A DNA stretch of 64,000 nucleotides from NCBI RefSeq assembly GCF_964194025.1, contig NC_134469.1, positions 1,798,001 through 1,862,000 on the forward strand, given 5' to 3'. Positions 1 through 14,262 of the stretch are shown here, piece after piece (positions within the stretch are counted from its first letter, which is position 1; each line of letters starts with the position of its first letter). The notes below the pieces were generated by a model. The model saw only the letters and a list, made by a program, of their open reading frames with translations, was not told the DNA's origin and searched no databases. This DNA comes from Convolutriloba macropyga. Lineage: Eukaryota. The translations under genes and the position numbers were made by a program.

Positions 1-3000
1 GAATACAGTAATTTTTCGACCCAACTTTTCCCGTCATGTACAACACTTTTCATTTATTGTGTTCCCTGATCATAGTAAAATAGCAATATCCAGCACTGAT
101 TCATGATACCTCAAGTCTGTATTTCTACTATGAACATATTCTGACCATGTCACTTTTTACTATGAAAAGAGTATTTTCAGGCAACAAGAAAAACCAGATC
201 TCTGAAATTATAATGAGCAGCATACAGATTAAGATTTCCTTTTCCTATGATCAGAGAAAAATGTCATTCTGTCGGAGCACTACGGGCATAATAAACAGGC
301 GGGGATAATAAAACTCCCATACTGAAAGTACCATGATTCAGTGCTTATTTACTCTGTAACAGTATTCTCATCTATTATGCCTTGGTTAATATTTATAATA
401 TTATTACGAGCAGTTCAAGAGGTGTCAATTATTACAAGAGTTGTCAATTCAAAGATAACTGATTTAAACTTACTGTTTTCAAATTAAATGCTTGTTTTTT
501 TTGCAACGGTTATTAAATTATATGTTCTAATAATTCTATATTAATTGGTGTCATTTTTAAGCGGTAGTGAAATCTATAAGTCTGTTATAAACAGAATTGA
601 GACGCTAATGCAAAGTATGGTTTTCGAAAATGGATAATTCTTTTGACAAAAAGATTTGCAAAAATCATATATGAAAGTCACAATTTGAAATAAATCTCAA
701 TTCTGAGCAATACCAAAATTATTGTTGTCGGACAATTCGACGTTACATTGACAGCCTTGTCTTGCTATTAAAAATGCAATTCAGATAGACATTCAGATAG
801 AAATGGTATTCATATAGACAAATTGAGTTTGTGGCAAGATTAAAGTGTTTGTGATGAAAGTGCATATTATGAAAGAGAATAATATTAAAAATAGGATATT
901 TTCGTTTTTAAACTCCCAACTAAATTTGTGTTGATTATCTGCACCCTTCGAGCCAATTTTTTTTACATATTGGTTTATTTTGAAATGGGGCTTGCCTCGA
1001 AACTGGAGGGTGCATAACGTATTAGGGGTGGGGATACCGAAAATATCTTCATTACTTCAGTTAATTAATTGCATAATTGAATATTTAGAGACTAGTAAAG
1101 CTCTAAGAGAAATTCAATGCCCTACGGCTTCACGAGTTTCTCCCGTATCTTAAGATGAAAACTCATGAATATTCGGTGGTCAGACGAGAGAGCGATCAAA
1201 CAAAAAAAATGGTCTGATTTGTTTGCTACAAACTTTGTTTATGCTCAGTTTATTTCATAACATGAGAGTAACAATAGCATAATACAAGCATAATATTCTT
1301 ATAGTCAGTCATAAAATGAAAAAACTTTGTCAAAAAAAACAATTAAAAAATGTTGGAGGTTACAACTGTACTAAGCTAGTTCAAACAAAAAGCATTTAAG
1401 AATAGCGATTTCTTAGCAGTTTAGGAAAGCAGAGGTTATATTTAGAGACAATGTTTTTTTTCTAAATTTCCATCAGCTACCAAAACAATATAGTAATGAA
1501 CTCATTATTGTTCCCTTGACAAAAAAGGCAGTAAGTAAATTAATGGCTGTTTAAGTCCAAACTTTGCGTTTTTGCAGAAAAACTTTAAAAAGATATTGGG
1601 GCAGAATTTTACCCTTCTCATATAAAAAAATTAATAAGAAAAAAAACTGGAAGAAAATCAAAAAGAAATGAACAAATGCACGGGAGATTATTTTTTTTCA
1701 AAATGAGAAATTTGAACAAAATGATTAATTTGAAAACATGATTCCAATAGAATTGAATTTTTAGGCAACTAAAAGCAAAAATTTCATTTTCGTACGCTCA
1801 AAATCTCGAATTTACTATACGATTGGATTGCATATTGGCAGTTATTAAAAATCACATATCTAAGATTTTAAAAAATGGAGAGAGAATTGGTTAAAAAACA
1901 TTTATTCTCATATTTCTCAATTTTTCACGTTGAAAATGCGCTTTTTAACGGATATTTTTCGAATACGGATTTTTATATACACCAGATTTGTAATTAATTT
2001 ACTAATAACATACTCTGGCAAAATAGCTGAAATTATAAAACGATTGTAATGTTTGTAATTTTAAATATTTTAAAATAATATTAATTTAAATCTTTCAATC
2101 AATCTGTCATGCACTAAACAGTTTCAATCAAAATGTTTCAGCTCAAGTGAAAATTTGAATGATGCGGAAGCTCATTGTGGGAGTTTTTTCAAAAGTACCC
2201 GAAATCTTTTTAAACTTCCTCGTGGAAAGCAAACTAAGTTGCAACTTGATATTTAAAATCTCAAATAAACTTGCGTTCCGACAATTTGCAAAAAAATATG
2301 GATGGTTTTTTATCATAATACTTTCTAACTTGTGGACATGTAAGATGTAAGTGCTAAATCGAGTAAGAACATAAGTTAAGGCTTTATAATGTAAATGGAA
2401 AGACCTTTCTGACAAAAAAACTGACCGAAACATCTTTCAATGGTTCCCGGCTCCCTTATGTAAAATTTGAAGATAGGATTCACGAAGTTTAGTGTTAACC
2501 CGTATAATTGATTACAAGTACGAATTACATTTCGGCAGTTAGAAATTTTCCCCAATTTATCAAAAAAGAATTCCAGTTGAGCTAAACATCTCAATTTCTG
2601 CTTTTCTGTTAATGAAAAAACTATAGTAAATAATAAAGTGTTGTTAAATAAAGGCTTTAAAAAATAGTTTTATTTGACACTACTTGTCTGTATCAAAACG
2701 GTTTGTCCATTGCTTTAGATTGTTACTTTATTGTAAAATTTTAAAAAGCAATTAAAGCTGAATTTTTGCTTCTCTTAATGATTTTTTTCCTTATTATGTC
2801 CAAAAGCTATAATGAGTTATCTTTAGCATTAGGACAATTTAGACTCTACTGATATTTTCTGCATCTTCGCTGTACCTTTAGGGTATGAGAGTATTTTTTC
2901 CCAATCACGCACATATTAGGGTATGAGAGTATTTTTTCCCAATCACGCATTGAAATACGACAAAAAAAATCATTTATTCATGCAACCTTATTCACAAAAC

Positions 3001-3456
3001 CGTTATGCAAAACTGAACTTCAGAGGAAAAATCCTTAAAACTAGAAATATTACAGTGAAGAAACGGTCGAAGTGGCACAGAATTATATTTGTAATACCTG
3101 CTTTTAACTTTTAAACAAAATGCAAACTTTAATTTGACTGAACGGGGATCTTAAATTGATTGTATTTTGGCTCCTATATTCAGTTCTCACATTAGGAATG
3201 AATTATTTTAAATAATATTCTCTAGATATGCCTCAAGGCTGAAAAGACTTTCCGTTTTCAAGTTTTGTTAAATTATTTTGCATATGATGGGTTGGAACAT
3301 TAGGTTCAGACGCACATTACTGGTCCTCCTTGTCTTTCAAAATGAATTCATCAACTTAATTCAGTTCGTTAAATGATTATGCGCTGTGCTGGTACTCAAT
3401 TTGATAACATCTACAAAATTTTTCCTTAAAATTGTCTTAAGCAAAACAATAATTAC

Positions 3457-3864
3457 CCAACGCTCCCCCAATATTGGAGAGGATATGCTCCCAGCCATAC
3501 TGGGGTGTCTCTCGCACCGTTTCGTAAGACAGATCCTCGAAATATATCTCAACTCTGAGAAAATTCTTCTGGAGGAAACTTTTGAGTCGGTCATCGTTCG
3601 TTTCGTAATCCATATTTTTTAGCAAATTTTCCATGGAAAGTAAGACATCCCAGCCAGTTCTGTGGTTCTCACTGTTGCTTTCGGAGGCGAATGACTTTTT
3701 AGAGCGGTTTTTTCGTTCCTCGTGGTAGCGTGCGTTTATCTTCATTTGAACAAATTCAATCAGGACATTTTTCACACTTTCCTTCACTAGGGAGCTTTCG
3801 TCGTTGAGAAGTCGACGGTATAGATGGTACATGTATTTCTCACTGGGCCAAGTCGACTCAGACA
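3457..3864 (-). CDS. DEG/ENaC-family channel, exon encoding late ectodomain and pre-TM2 (SESTWPS...NFLRVEIYFEDLSYE...LSNIGGALG)
   Basis: Motifs WPS, N.LRV.IYF..L.YE and LSNIGG.LG are typical of ENaC/ASIC/degenerin. Acceptor gtttcag precedes 3864 and donor gtaatt follows 3457; phase 1/1. The TM2 exon was not located in the window. Confidence 0.9.
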
Positions 3865-3923
3865 CTGAAACCACAAAAAATTGCAAAAAGAACCAAGTTT
3901 TACAAATCAGCTTGTGACTATTC

Positions 3924-4111
3924 GGATCTTTTCTGTTTATGCCTACCCCCACCCCCCTCCTCCTCCTCCTCCTCCTAGCTTAGCGGGTGTATGTTTTTTG
4001 CAACCCCCAAACGCACGTGACATATTATTACATAATGATTTAGAATAAAATGGCACGTGCTCTGTAACTGTGGGGTCATAAAGGACGGGGGGGCACAAAC
4101 AGAAAAGATCC
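3924..4111. mobile_element. MITE with GGATCTTTTCTGT TIRs and 8-bp TSD
   Basis: GACTATTC directly repeated at 3916-3923 and 4112-4119; related copy at 16616-16792. Confidence 0.8.
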
Positions 4112-4432
4112 GACTATTCATATGAACCGATTATAGCCCCCCACTGGTGGTCAGGTAACCTATACCCCGCAACCATGATAAATATATATACCTTAATGGA
4201 GGAGGGGGGGGGGGGCTATAGAATGAAAGATCCTATTTTTCCACGCTAAATTTTTCTTCAGATCTGAACTTCAATTTGTAATAGTCTGTTTATCTCTATC
4301 TTTCATGTCGATTTCAATTAACCCCAATTTTTTTATTGGTCTCCTTATTTTTATCTTTCATATCAATTTTTATGTCAATTTTGGCTGCAAATTTTTTACT
4401 CCAATTTTTATCTTGTAAAATTTTCAACTCAC

Positions 4433-4930
4433 CAGTTTTCGAAAACAACGTCTCTGAACAAGCCTGCTGACAGCCACACCCGAACAGACTCAAAGTGTAG
4501 TCCCCATAGACTTTATTCCGACATGCCGTAACTGCTTTATCAACCACATTGCAAAGCGTTCGGTTTTCAACAAGCAAAGACTCCACACATTTACATTCGG
4601 ACCAAAGCTGTTCCTGAATACACAGTTTATTACACGCTAGATACGAGTAGTCGTACGTTCGGTTTACAGTCGTGTTCGTCGTCATAAGCGACAACCCTTC
4701 GGGCCACTGGTCTCGGCAACTTCCGTATCGGTTTTGAAGTCGGTACAACTCTCGTTGTCGGATTCCGATGCTTGTGTGGATACCAGGGGTGAGGGTTATC
4801 CCCAATTCGTCAGGCATTGCGGGCTGGCGGGGTGACTGGATTGAAAGTCGGGCTCCCACTCGGGGGGAGAGAAGTCCGAGGTAGTTTTCAGTGTCGAGGA
4901 ACAAGGTCATTTGTAAAGCATGTTGAACGC
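4433..4930 (-). CDS. DEG/ENaC channel exon (palm and Cys-rich thumb)
   Basis: GARLSIQ..P.MP..LGITLTPG..TSIGI, YSYLAC...C.Q.....CKC, CGCQQAC. Acceptor ctcacag, donor gtgagt; in frame with neighbours. Confidence 0.9.
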
Positions 4931-5502
4931 CTGTGAGCAAATAAGTTTTCAGACTTTTATGAACCCCGACAACCTTGATTTAGACCCTGGGTCGAGGTGC
5001 AACAATAACAACTTCAATGCACAAATACTCACCTGTTTCTTCCCCAAGATTACTCTCGTACGTTAAGAGAAACCCATATTAATCTCATGTAATTATCACA
5101 TCGTTTATTATCATATTAAATGAATTAATCATCAAAGCATTAATTCATACAAAAATTTGGGCAGTTCAATTTTTTCTGCTTGTTCACACAGAACACGGTC
5201 GAGAAACCCTTGAAAATCATGTAAACAGCCTACAGCCGTAGAGATGTGAAGCCCTACTTTTATGTATTAATTGTTGCATAATTTCCATTTTCAATCGATT
5301 TAATGTTTCGTTTTCAGGCGAATGTGACTACAAACTTAAAAAATTATCATGATTTTGGATCGCTTAGTCTAGTAAGAGGCAAAACTACCCCTTAAAATTA
5401 TTCTAGACCATTACATATTCTAACAGAGCGGCGTGTGTGTGCATGTGTATAAGGGGGGGGAGGTTTTGAGAAAAGTTTATAAAGTAATGAAGAAAAAATT
5501 AC

Positions 5503-5731
5503 CCGCTTGTGAAATGTTCTGTGGCGACTGGTAGTTGTTGAGGTCATCGTTGAATGTCCAGCAGTTTCCATAGACATCATTCTGGAACTCCTTAAACCAT
5601 CTGGGGTCACAAGTCTGTCCATCGAAGTTGCACTGGATTATGAAGTCCTGTTTCTGGTGACCCAGTTGTTTCAGCTCCTGCTGGTTGATCATACCTCCTA
5701 GACCAACTACGTCTGAGTAGTCCTCATGCAC
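5503..5731 (-). CDS. DEG/ENaC channel exon (LGHQKQDFIIQCNFDG...YGNCWTFN)
   Basis: GHQ..DFI.QC.F.G..C and YGNC.TFN signature. Acceptor atcacag, donor gtaatt. Confidence 0.92.
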
Positions 5732-6533
5732 CTGTGATGATAATATGAAACGCATACCCTCAACGCAGCCACATTACAAATTACAAAAGTTTAGAAAATG
5801 TTCATATTAGCAATTTTTAAAAACAATTTCAGACCCCCCAGTTATTTGTCACTGTTTCATACGGGAACCATTTTGATTAGCCTAAATTATTATTATTGGA
5901 AACAAGTTATTCATCACTTAAGACCCCAACAGTTTTATTAAGAACGATGATATCAGTAACTGCAAATTTGTCTTTTTAATCCGAAATAAGTTATAAAAGG
6001 GATTTTTATGCAATAATCTTCAATAAAATTCCCGTTCAACTCTGTCAATTTGGAATTTGTTCAAATGCATGAGAGATAGCCATGCAAAAATATATACTTC
6101 GTAATAGGAGCTAATTGCCACGTAATTTAAGCTATAGTGAAGCTTAAGTTAATTATTTGATTTATAAATGGCGATACTTCCATAAAATCCTAGAGAAAAT
6201 TTTGAGTTCTTGAAATACACGCAAAGTTGCTGCAATTTGGTCCTTATAATGGTTTTTTGTTGCAAAGATTCAAATAAAGACTTACAGTTTCACAGTTTCG
6301 TTTACAACTGGGATTACAATTAATCTTCTTATTTGTTGTTTATAGTTTTCAACGCTATCCTATTGCTAAAAACTGACAATAGAGTGGATATACACCTTAC
6401 GCTATTTTTGTTAACTATCAATTCTAACTCTCCACGCGGTTGCTGCTCTCCCACCAAGTTAAATTATCACGAATGACAGAGCTCATTGGCTTCAACGGCA
6501 ATTTTCTTTTGTTTTATTAGGTTGCATACTAAC

Positions 6534-6735
6534 AGACGAATGGTAGTATATTTTCCATTCCTTGTTAGTGACAGCTGCCTGGTTGGACATGTCATGTAGA
6601 GAGTGGGACATGTCCTGAGTGTCAGAGCAGAAGTGACAAGTCCTTCGACAGTTCTCTTTCATGAATCTGTAGTTGTGACTACTCCCTTTGCAGTGGCCCA
6701 TCTTAGCCCACTGAGTACACGAGAGGTAGTTGTCA
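6534..6735 (-). CDS. Channel exon encoding an ShKT domain plus linker
   Basis: With the previous exon it reads CESVTDNYLSCTQWAKMGHC...FMKENCRRTCHFC, a six-Cys ShKT pattern. Acceptor atttcag (phase 2), donor gttagt (phase 0). Confidence 0.82.
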
Positions 6736-6930
6736 CTGAAATGGAGAAAAAAGTAAACGCTTAGTTGATGAAGAGATTTGATTGTCACCGAAAATAAGAC
6801 AAAACTTAAGACATTGAATCAACTCATTTTAACGATTGAAGGATTGATTTGTTAATAACACCTATATGTCGAGTATACCTGTAGAAGTACATCAATTATT
6901 TACTCTTATAATGTCTCATTTAGCCCATAG

Positions 6931-9900
6931 TGCATCATAAATCTAGTTATGCGTGTAAATTAAAAAACATAGCCGGCAGATTGCCGAAATAGCTGCGAAA
7001 GAATAGACCTGCGTGCCATATAATAGAGATAGAAACAGAGACAGATCTAAATTGAATAAAAAATCGACGCCGCTCAAAAAGCTAGGTAAAAAACATTCAG
7101 CGATAAATGACTAAAGCTTGTTAAAATTCATCCCGCAGAAGCCTCTTATCACGGACCTTTACGGCACATATGAGTTCCTTTGACCTTAAACAAATTCCAA
7201 TTAAATTTAAGTTTTAAAGTGCAAAATTTTATTGAGTGAAGTAGGTCACTTGTGATCAAAATATAACAACGCAAAATACTTTTGCTAAAAAGAGTGAGAA
7301 ATGACGTCACGCGCGCAAACGCCGTTAGTGAGAGGAAGAAGTCATTCAGAAAATTTGACTTTTTCAGCTTTGCTGTGGAAAAAATGTAAAACGAAAAAGA
7401 GAGTCAGACGACGAAACAAAAACATAGCCGGTAGAATACCGGAACCGACTAGAATCGTCGAGCATTATAATCTCTATTCTCATCTTACCGAAATCAGAAC
7501 ATCAAAATAGACAAGAGAAAAAAAAACAAAAGTAGCCCAACAAACCACATTAAAGTGTTTTAAAAATGCCGACAATTTTTTAGGTGCGGGGGGAAGCTAG
7601 GTGGGGTGGGTGGGTAGATAGTTTGAGGAGGTGGGTAGTGCTGGGGTAGTTGGGGAGGGGGGGTTAGTATGTGGAGGTAGTTAGATGAGGGGAGTGGGTA
7701 GTTTGGGGGTAGGGGTAGGTGGGGGGGGGGTAAGTTTGGGGGGGTAGGAAGGTGGGCGGGTGGGTAGATAGGTTTGGGAGGTGGGTAGTGCTGGGATAGT
7801 TGGGGGGGGGGGGTAGCTAGGTGAAGGGAGGGGTTGCGGGTAGGTGTGGATAAAATGGGGGGAGGGGGTGCAGGGGTGGAGGGGTGTAGGTAGGTGTTGG
7901 GTGGGGGGTAGATAGGTGGGGGGGGGGTTGGTGCTGTGTAGTTTAGATAATTAGGGGTGACTTATATAGGAACAAAAAGTCTCAAAATGACTTCTTCACC
8001 TTGACCATTACCAGCAGTTCCTAATTACTATACATTACAAACAAAGCTACTGTTAAAGTCCAATGTTCGAAAACAGAAGAGAACAATCAAAAACGGAAGT
8101 ATATGCTCGAACTGGAAGAAGTCAAAATCAAATCATGAACAAAATTGCTTTCAGCTAAAAAACATAGCCGGTAGAATACCGGAAACGACTCAAATCGTTG
8201 TGCAAAATAATCTCTACCCTAACTTGGACAAAATCAGAAAATCGAAAAAACACTAGAAATACCGAAAATAGTAGACCAGTATAACATAAAAAGAGTAGAC
8301 AATATAAAATAAACTTTTTTCTGTTCAAGGGTGTGGGTAGGTGCTGGTGGGGGGATTGGTAGGTGGGGGCAGGTAGGTGGTGGTGGGGTGTGTAGGTAGG
8401 TGGGGTGGGGGTAGGTTCGTCGCGGGGGGGGGGGGTTAGGTAGGTACGAGGGGGGAGGTAGGTACATTGGGGTTGGGGAGGTAGGTACTTGTTGGGGGGG
8501 GGGGGTAGGTACGTGGGGGTTGGGGGGTAGGTACGTGTGGGTGGGGGAGGTAGTTTTTTTTTGGGGGGGTAGGTAGTTAAATGGGATCAACTTTTCTCAA
8601 ATTGACCTCTTCATCTTGCATCATAAATCTAGTTATGCGTGTCAATTAAAAAACATAGCCGGCAGATTGCCGAAATAGCTGCGAAAGAATAGACCTGCGT
8701 GCCATATAATAGAGATAGAAACAGAGACAGATCTAAATTGAATAAAAAGTCGACGCCGCTCAAAAAGCTAGGTAAAAAACATTCAGCAATAAATGACTAA
8801 AGCTTGTTAAAATTCATCCCACAGAAGCCTCTTATCAGGGACCTTTACGGCACATATGAGGTCCTTTGACCTTAAACAAATTCAAATTAAATTTAAGTTT
8901 TAAAGTGCAAAATTTTATTGAGTGAAGTAGGTCACTTGTGATCAAAATATAACGACGCAAAATACTTTTGCCAAAAAGAGTGAGAAATGACGTCACGCGC
9001 GCAAACGCCGTTAGTGAGAGGAAGAAGTCATTCAGAAAATTTGACTTTTTCAGCTTTGCTGTGTGAAAAAATGTAAAACGAAAAAGAGAGTCAGACGACG
9101 AAACAAAAACCGGTAGAATACCGGAACCGACTAGAATCGTCGAGCATTATAATCTCTATTCTCATCTTACCGAAATCAGAACATCAAAATAGACAAGAGA
9201 AAAAAAACAAAAGTAGCCCAACAAACCACATTAAAGTGTTTTAAAAATGCCGACAATTTTTTAGGTGCGGGGGGAAGCTAGGTGGGGTGGGTGGGTAGAT
9301 AGTTTGAGGAGGTGGGTAGTGCTGGGGTAGTTGGGGAGGGGGGTTAGTATGTGGAGGTAGTTAGATGAGGGGAGTGGGTAGTTTGGGGGTAGGGGTAGGT
9401 GGGGGGGGGGTAAGTTTGGGGGGTAGGAAGGTGGGTGGGTGGGTAGATAGGTTTGGGAGGTGGGTAGTGCTGGGATAGTTGGGGGGGGGGGTAGCTAGGT
9501 GAAGGGAGGGGTTGCGGGTAGGTGGGGATAAAATGGGGGGAGGGGGTGCAGGGGTGGTGGGGTGTAGGTAGGTGTTGGGTGGGGGGTAGATAGGTGGGGG
9601 GTGTTGGTGCTGTGTAGTTTAGATAATTAGGGGTGACTTATATAGGAACAAAAAATCTCAAAATCAAAATGACTTCTTCACCTTGACCATTACCAGCAGT
9701 TCCTAATTACTATGCATTACAAACAAAGCTACTGTTAAAGTCCAATGTTCGAAAACAGAAGAGAACAATCAAAAACGGAGGTATATGCTCGAACTGGAAG
9801 AAGTCAAAATCAAGTCATGAACAAAATTGCTTTCAGCTAAAAAACATAGCCGGTAGAATACCGGAAACGACTCCAATCGTTGTGCAAAATAATCTCTACC

Positions 9901-10527
9901 CTAACTTGGACAAAATCAGAAAATCGAAAAAACACTAGAAATACCGAAAATAGTAGACCAAGGGTGTGGGTAGGTGCTGGTGGGGGGATTGGTAGGTGGT
10001 GGTGGGGTGTGTAGGTAGGTGGGGTGGGGGTAGGTACGTCGCGGGGGGGGGGGGTTAGGTAGGTACGAGGGGGGAGGTAGGTACATTGGGGTTGGGGAGG
10101 TAGGTACTTGTTGGGGGGGGGGTAGGTACGTGGGGGGTGGGGGGTAGGTACGTGTGGGTGGGGGAGGTAGTTTTTTTTGGGGGGGGGGGGGGGTAGGTCG
10201 TTAAATGGGATCAACTTTTCTCAAATTGACCTCTTCATTTTGAATTACAGACTTACCAGTTGCTATACATGACAAACTAAGCTATTTTTAAAGTCCAATG
10301 TTCAAAAACAGGAGTCAACAATCAAAAACGGAGGTAAAAGCGCGAAAATAAAGAACTCAAAATTCAAGTCATGAACAAACTTGCTTTCTGCTAAAAAGAA
10401 CCTGTAGAATCTCAATACTCCTCTTCGAGTCGTAAAAACCTGTAGAATCTCAATACTCCTCTTCGAGTCGTAAAAACCAAGAGCACCGCAATATAGCTCC
10501 GCTCAGTTTACAGCTTCGCAGCTATAA
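6931..10527 (-). mobile_element. Non-autonomous Helentron-like (HINE-type) element with internal tandem duplication and G-rich tracts
   Basis: Subterminal inverted repeats ATAGCTGCGAA (6989-6999) and TTCGCAGCTAT (10515-10525); partial extra IR at 10493-10502; terminal hairpin CGGCA-gat-TGCCG (6974-6986) beside an A run. 6931-8616 is duplicated at 8617-~10238. Confidence 0.6.
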
Positions 10528-13019
10528 AAAAATAAGACGAGTGATTTGTTGACAAATTTTATGAATTATTCAATGTCTGAAAACGAATCTGGTTGGCTTT
10601 TGATAACGATGCCTTTTGTTGAAGACCATTTTATCGCAATGAGTGCACGACAAGCAATTGTCACTGAAAATAAAATCATATAAAAACATAATAAAATCAA
10701 CCGCAAACTGTCCCAATGCTGCTAAAGAAAGAGAAATTGAACGCTTTTTTTATAGGTGGCGTTCAGTTTTTGACAATGCACCATGTTAGCCCATTGGGTA
10801 GATGGGGATAACTTTAACCGAAAATAAAATTCAAAAAATTGATCGCATTTCATAATCTTAGTTTAATTGTGATATGATTAATTGTCAGTACATTCACGAC
10901 TGTTGAGTACTTATTGGTCAATGATCACCCTGTCACTAAATATAAAACCAAAAAACTGATAATGATCTACTCATTTTACAGCCAGAAATATTAACTATGT
11001 AATTTACATAAGGATCTTTTCCGTTTGTGCCTTCCAGCTTTATATGTATATATTATACCCCAGAAGCAGATACGATATTTTCACATAACGAATCTAATGA
11101 AAAGTGGTCTGTAACTAAGGTTCGTAACGTACGGATGGGGTACTCAAGGAAAAGATGCTTTCATTATTTGAAATTAGAGAGTATTTCGTAATGTCACTAT
11201 CTATTTAATTACTGTCAGTGTAAAATGAATAAAACTTAAAATGGATTTTTGCAGAAAATATATCTTCTATGAGATGGAACTAGTTGTCAAAGTTAGTTCA
11301 AAAACTGTTTTCAAAACCACCATTGAGCATTTTTCATGATAACAATTTTCTCTGTTCTGATCGGAATTTCCTCAAAAAAATTAATTTTCTGACACGGAAT
11401 ACGGTCCAAATTTTGGGCAAAAATTGCTCAAACTTATTTACAGCAGATACTACAAAAAACTGTAAATTTAGGAAAGGACTATGAGAAAGCATAATTACTG
11501 AAAATTATGTCATCTCATCTGACTTTATCCTAATTCTTATATCAACAAAAGGAATAATTCTCCAGAGAAAATTGAAAAAAATAGCAATTACAAAACACCT
11601 AACAAAAACTTAAAGAAATGTTTTGTAGCAAAACGATTGGAAATTCAAAACTTAATACAAAAACATATAAGACTATATGTGCTGACTAGAAATGCAGAAC
11701 CTTAGTTTTGTTTATTTGCAGCTTAAAATATATTAAAAAACATTTAATTTTTTCTGAGCTTTTTTTAGTGTTTTCTGAGAAATTATACGCTACTCTGTCA
11801 ACAAGGACAATTTTTTTATGATACGATAGTTGCTTCATATTGTTTTCATATACAAAAATGCGTCAATGTGGAACAACGAAAAAAAAAACGTTTAGCGTCA
11901 ACATTGGGCCAAAAGTTTGAGAAACACTCATGAAAATAAAAAAAATAGTACGTATAAAAAAAAACGCTGTTGACAAAAAAACGCATTTGGGTTTCATAGA
12001 AAAACTAAATTTTGATTTATTGTAAAATGAACTAATTTTTAAAGTTGTCAACAAGATACAACGTTCTGCCATGCATCAATTTGATCACTATTTGTGGTAA
12101 ATTTTAGTAAAAAATAAAATAAAGGAAAAGATCAAATTTTAAAATAATTTTTGTTTAAAATGAATAATCTTTTCGATGGTGCAATCAGAAGCTCGAGATT
12201 GAATAGCTAGGAAATAAATGACTGGAGAGGCTTTTGTAATACTAACTTTTACAGAATACATTCATCAAATTTGCAATTTAATCCACAGTTTTTTAATCTT
12301 AGTTATCCAGATGGTGTTCATCTGACAAAAGTTTTATAACGAAAAACTTACAGAACTTTAAGACAATCAACTTCTGATCTGTAAATTAAATTTTCCACAA
12401 TTTTTTCTGAAAACATATACAAAAAATAAAGCAAAAATGATGCCTTATTAAAATCTAAATGCCTTAGAAGTTCCATTCGAAAATCAAAAATGTTTGCTAT
12501 TGGAATTCGTTCGCTGTCTAAGTACTGAAGGTAGCTCAATTTTTTCGTTAAAATTGGGCAGCAAGTTATTAGACACGCCCATCCACTGAATATCGAAATA
12601 TATCCATAAATAATCTGAAGAGCTGCCTGAACAGCAAATAAAATCAATCATTCAACATATTAGCAAAACTTTATTAGGAAAATTTTATAAAATTCTATTA
12701 GAAATGATATTCAAAAAATATTTTGTCCTGCAAGAATCTTGCTTCACGCCATCCGTTGAAAGTTTCTTTCAAAGTAAACATTCGTAATAAGATTCAGATT
12801 CTGCCTAAAGTGAAAAATTTAATTGAAAAAAAGTTAGTGGATTAAATTTATAAGAACAAAAATGATAATAAAAATATATCCCTAATTAACAAATTTTTCT
12901 AACAGATTTTTTTTTGAAAATTCAGAGTTTTTGTCATTTAATGGTTCTATAATGAAGGACAAAGAAAGGGAAAAGGAAAATAAAAGGGAAAAAGAGCTGT
13001 ATTATGGTCATTCACTCAC

Positions 13020-13351
13020 GTAACAGACTCGCATGAAAGTTCTTCGTTTCCACAGTTTCGCTCATCAACTGGAGTCGCACAATCCTGAACTCCATCACAC
13101 AACCACGAGCTCAAAATGCATCTGGAACCATCGCCACACATCATTTTGTAGCTCTCACCGTTATTCACCGCACCTCTGTACTTGTCTCCCGAGGCAGCGG
13201 CGGTTCGAGTCTGCTTGGGGTCGGTGACGGAGTCACTGGGGTCCAGGACGGGGACAGACGCGTTGAGGTTGAGAGGTTCACAGCTGATCATTTCGGGAAG
13301 GCATCCTGCTTCGTCCAGACCACTCGGGCAGTCGATAAAACCATCGCAGAG
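13020..13351 (-). CDS. Channel exon with LDLa repeats
   Basis: LCDGFIDCPSGLDEAGC and CGDGSRCILSSWLCDGVQDCATPVDERNC. Acceptor tttttcag, donor gtgagt (phase 2, matching the ShKT exon). Confidence 0.88.
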
Positions 13352-14001
13352 CTGAAAAAAAAAGAAAAAAATATTCTTTGTTTGTTCTGGATGTTTAGTT
13401 TGTAATATTACAAAGGTACGCAGGTTAAGATCTCGACTTATGAAATTACAATATAATTCTAGTGGGGGAGAACTTCATTGACTATATTTACACAGTGGAG
13501 CACCTAGTTAAAATGGAGGTAAAGTCATGGGTCAGCTAGAACCTTTTCATTTAAAAAAGGTCCAAAAAATTATGTGTTATCCTATGTTTTTCACATTGTA
13601 GCATTTAATATGGAAAGAAACCTGTTTATCAATATCACAGTTAAAAAATTTTTTTTCGGAACAAAATCAATCTTTTGAGTCATCGAAGCTGCGGGAATTT
13701 AAACGCGGGTATTTCAACTATGAGACTATTATTGTAAAAACGGGTTTATTATCCTTTTTCGCCCGTGAACACACGCTCTAACTAACTCATGATTAAGAGC
13801 GAACAATATTACGTAACCCCGCTTGAAACACGGATTTTGGGGGTTTGAAAATCTGGTACGGTATAGACGAAAATCTGGCATTCTAGAATATGACACTGCA
13901 GATATCTAGTTTTCTAAAACTTTCTACGTGCGCGTTTCAATTCAAAAAAAGTTCGACAAAATTCGATAAAAGCTTGATTTTACAAAGAAATTCGCTCTCA
14001 C

Positions 14002-14262
14002 CTTCGTCTCATCGACACACGCATACGTATGCCCAGGACACCTGACTTGACCAGGTTTACACTCATGATTAGCACAGGTGATTTTGTCCTCATCCTCATC
14101 ATAGAGACAGTCCCCATTCCCATCACACATCCATGACTCATCAATACACCAAGTACTCATTTCACACTGGATCAAACCCTCCTTCTCACAGTCTATCCTC
14201 CCTGGACAGTCTTTCTCGTCACTGCCCTGGGGACAGTCTATCAGCCCATCACACAGCCAACC
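14002..14262 (-). CDS. Channel exon with LDLa repeats
   Basis: WLCDGLIDCPQGSDEKDC, CIDESWMCDGNGDCLYDEDE, CPGHTYACV. Acceptor gttcag, donor gtgaga; phase 0/0. Confidence 0.88.

Noticed and set aside
2879-2950. Short direct duplication of ~33 bp
   Set aside because: Ordinary local slippage duplication with no further structure.
3437-3952. Ends of the listed channel ORFs (e.g. ...GALGNYCFA stop, MGVGINRK start)
   Set aside because: Intron read-through; splice sites define shorter exons, so this is not a premature stop.
8234-10214. Proline-rich ORFs 8234-8590 and 9837-10214
   Set aside because: Translations of the C-rich strand of the G-tract repeat; indels between the two copies change the frame.
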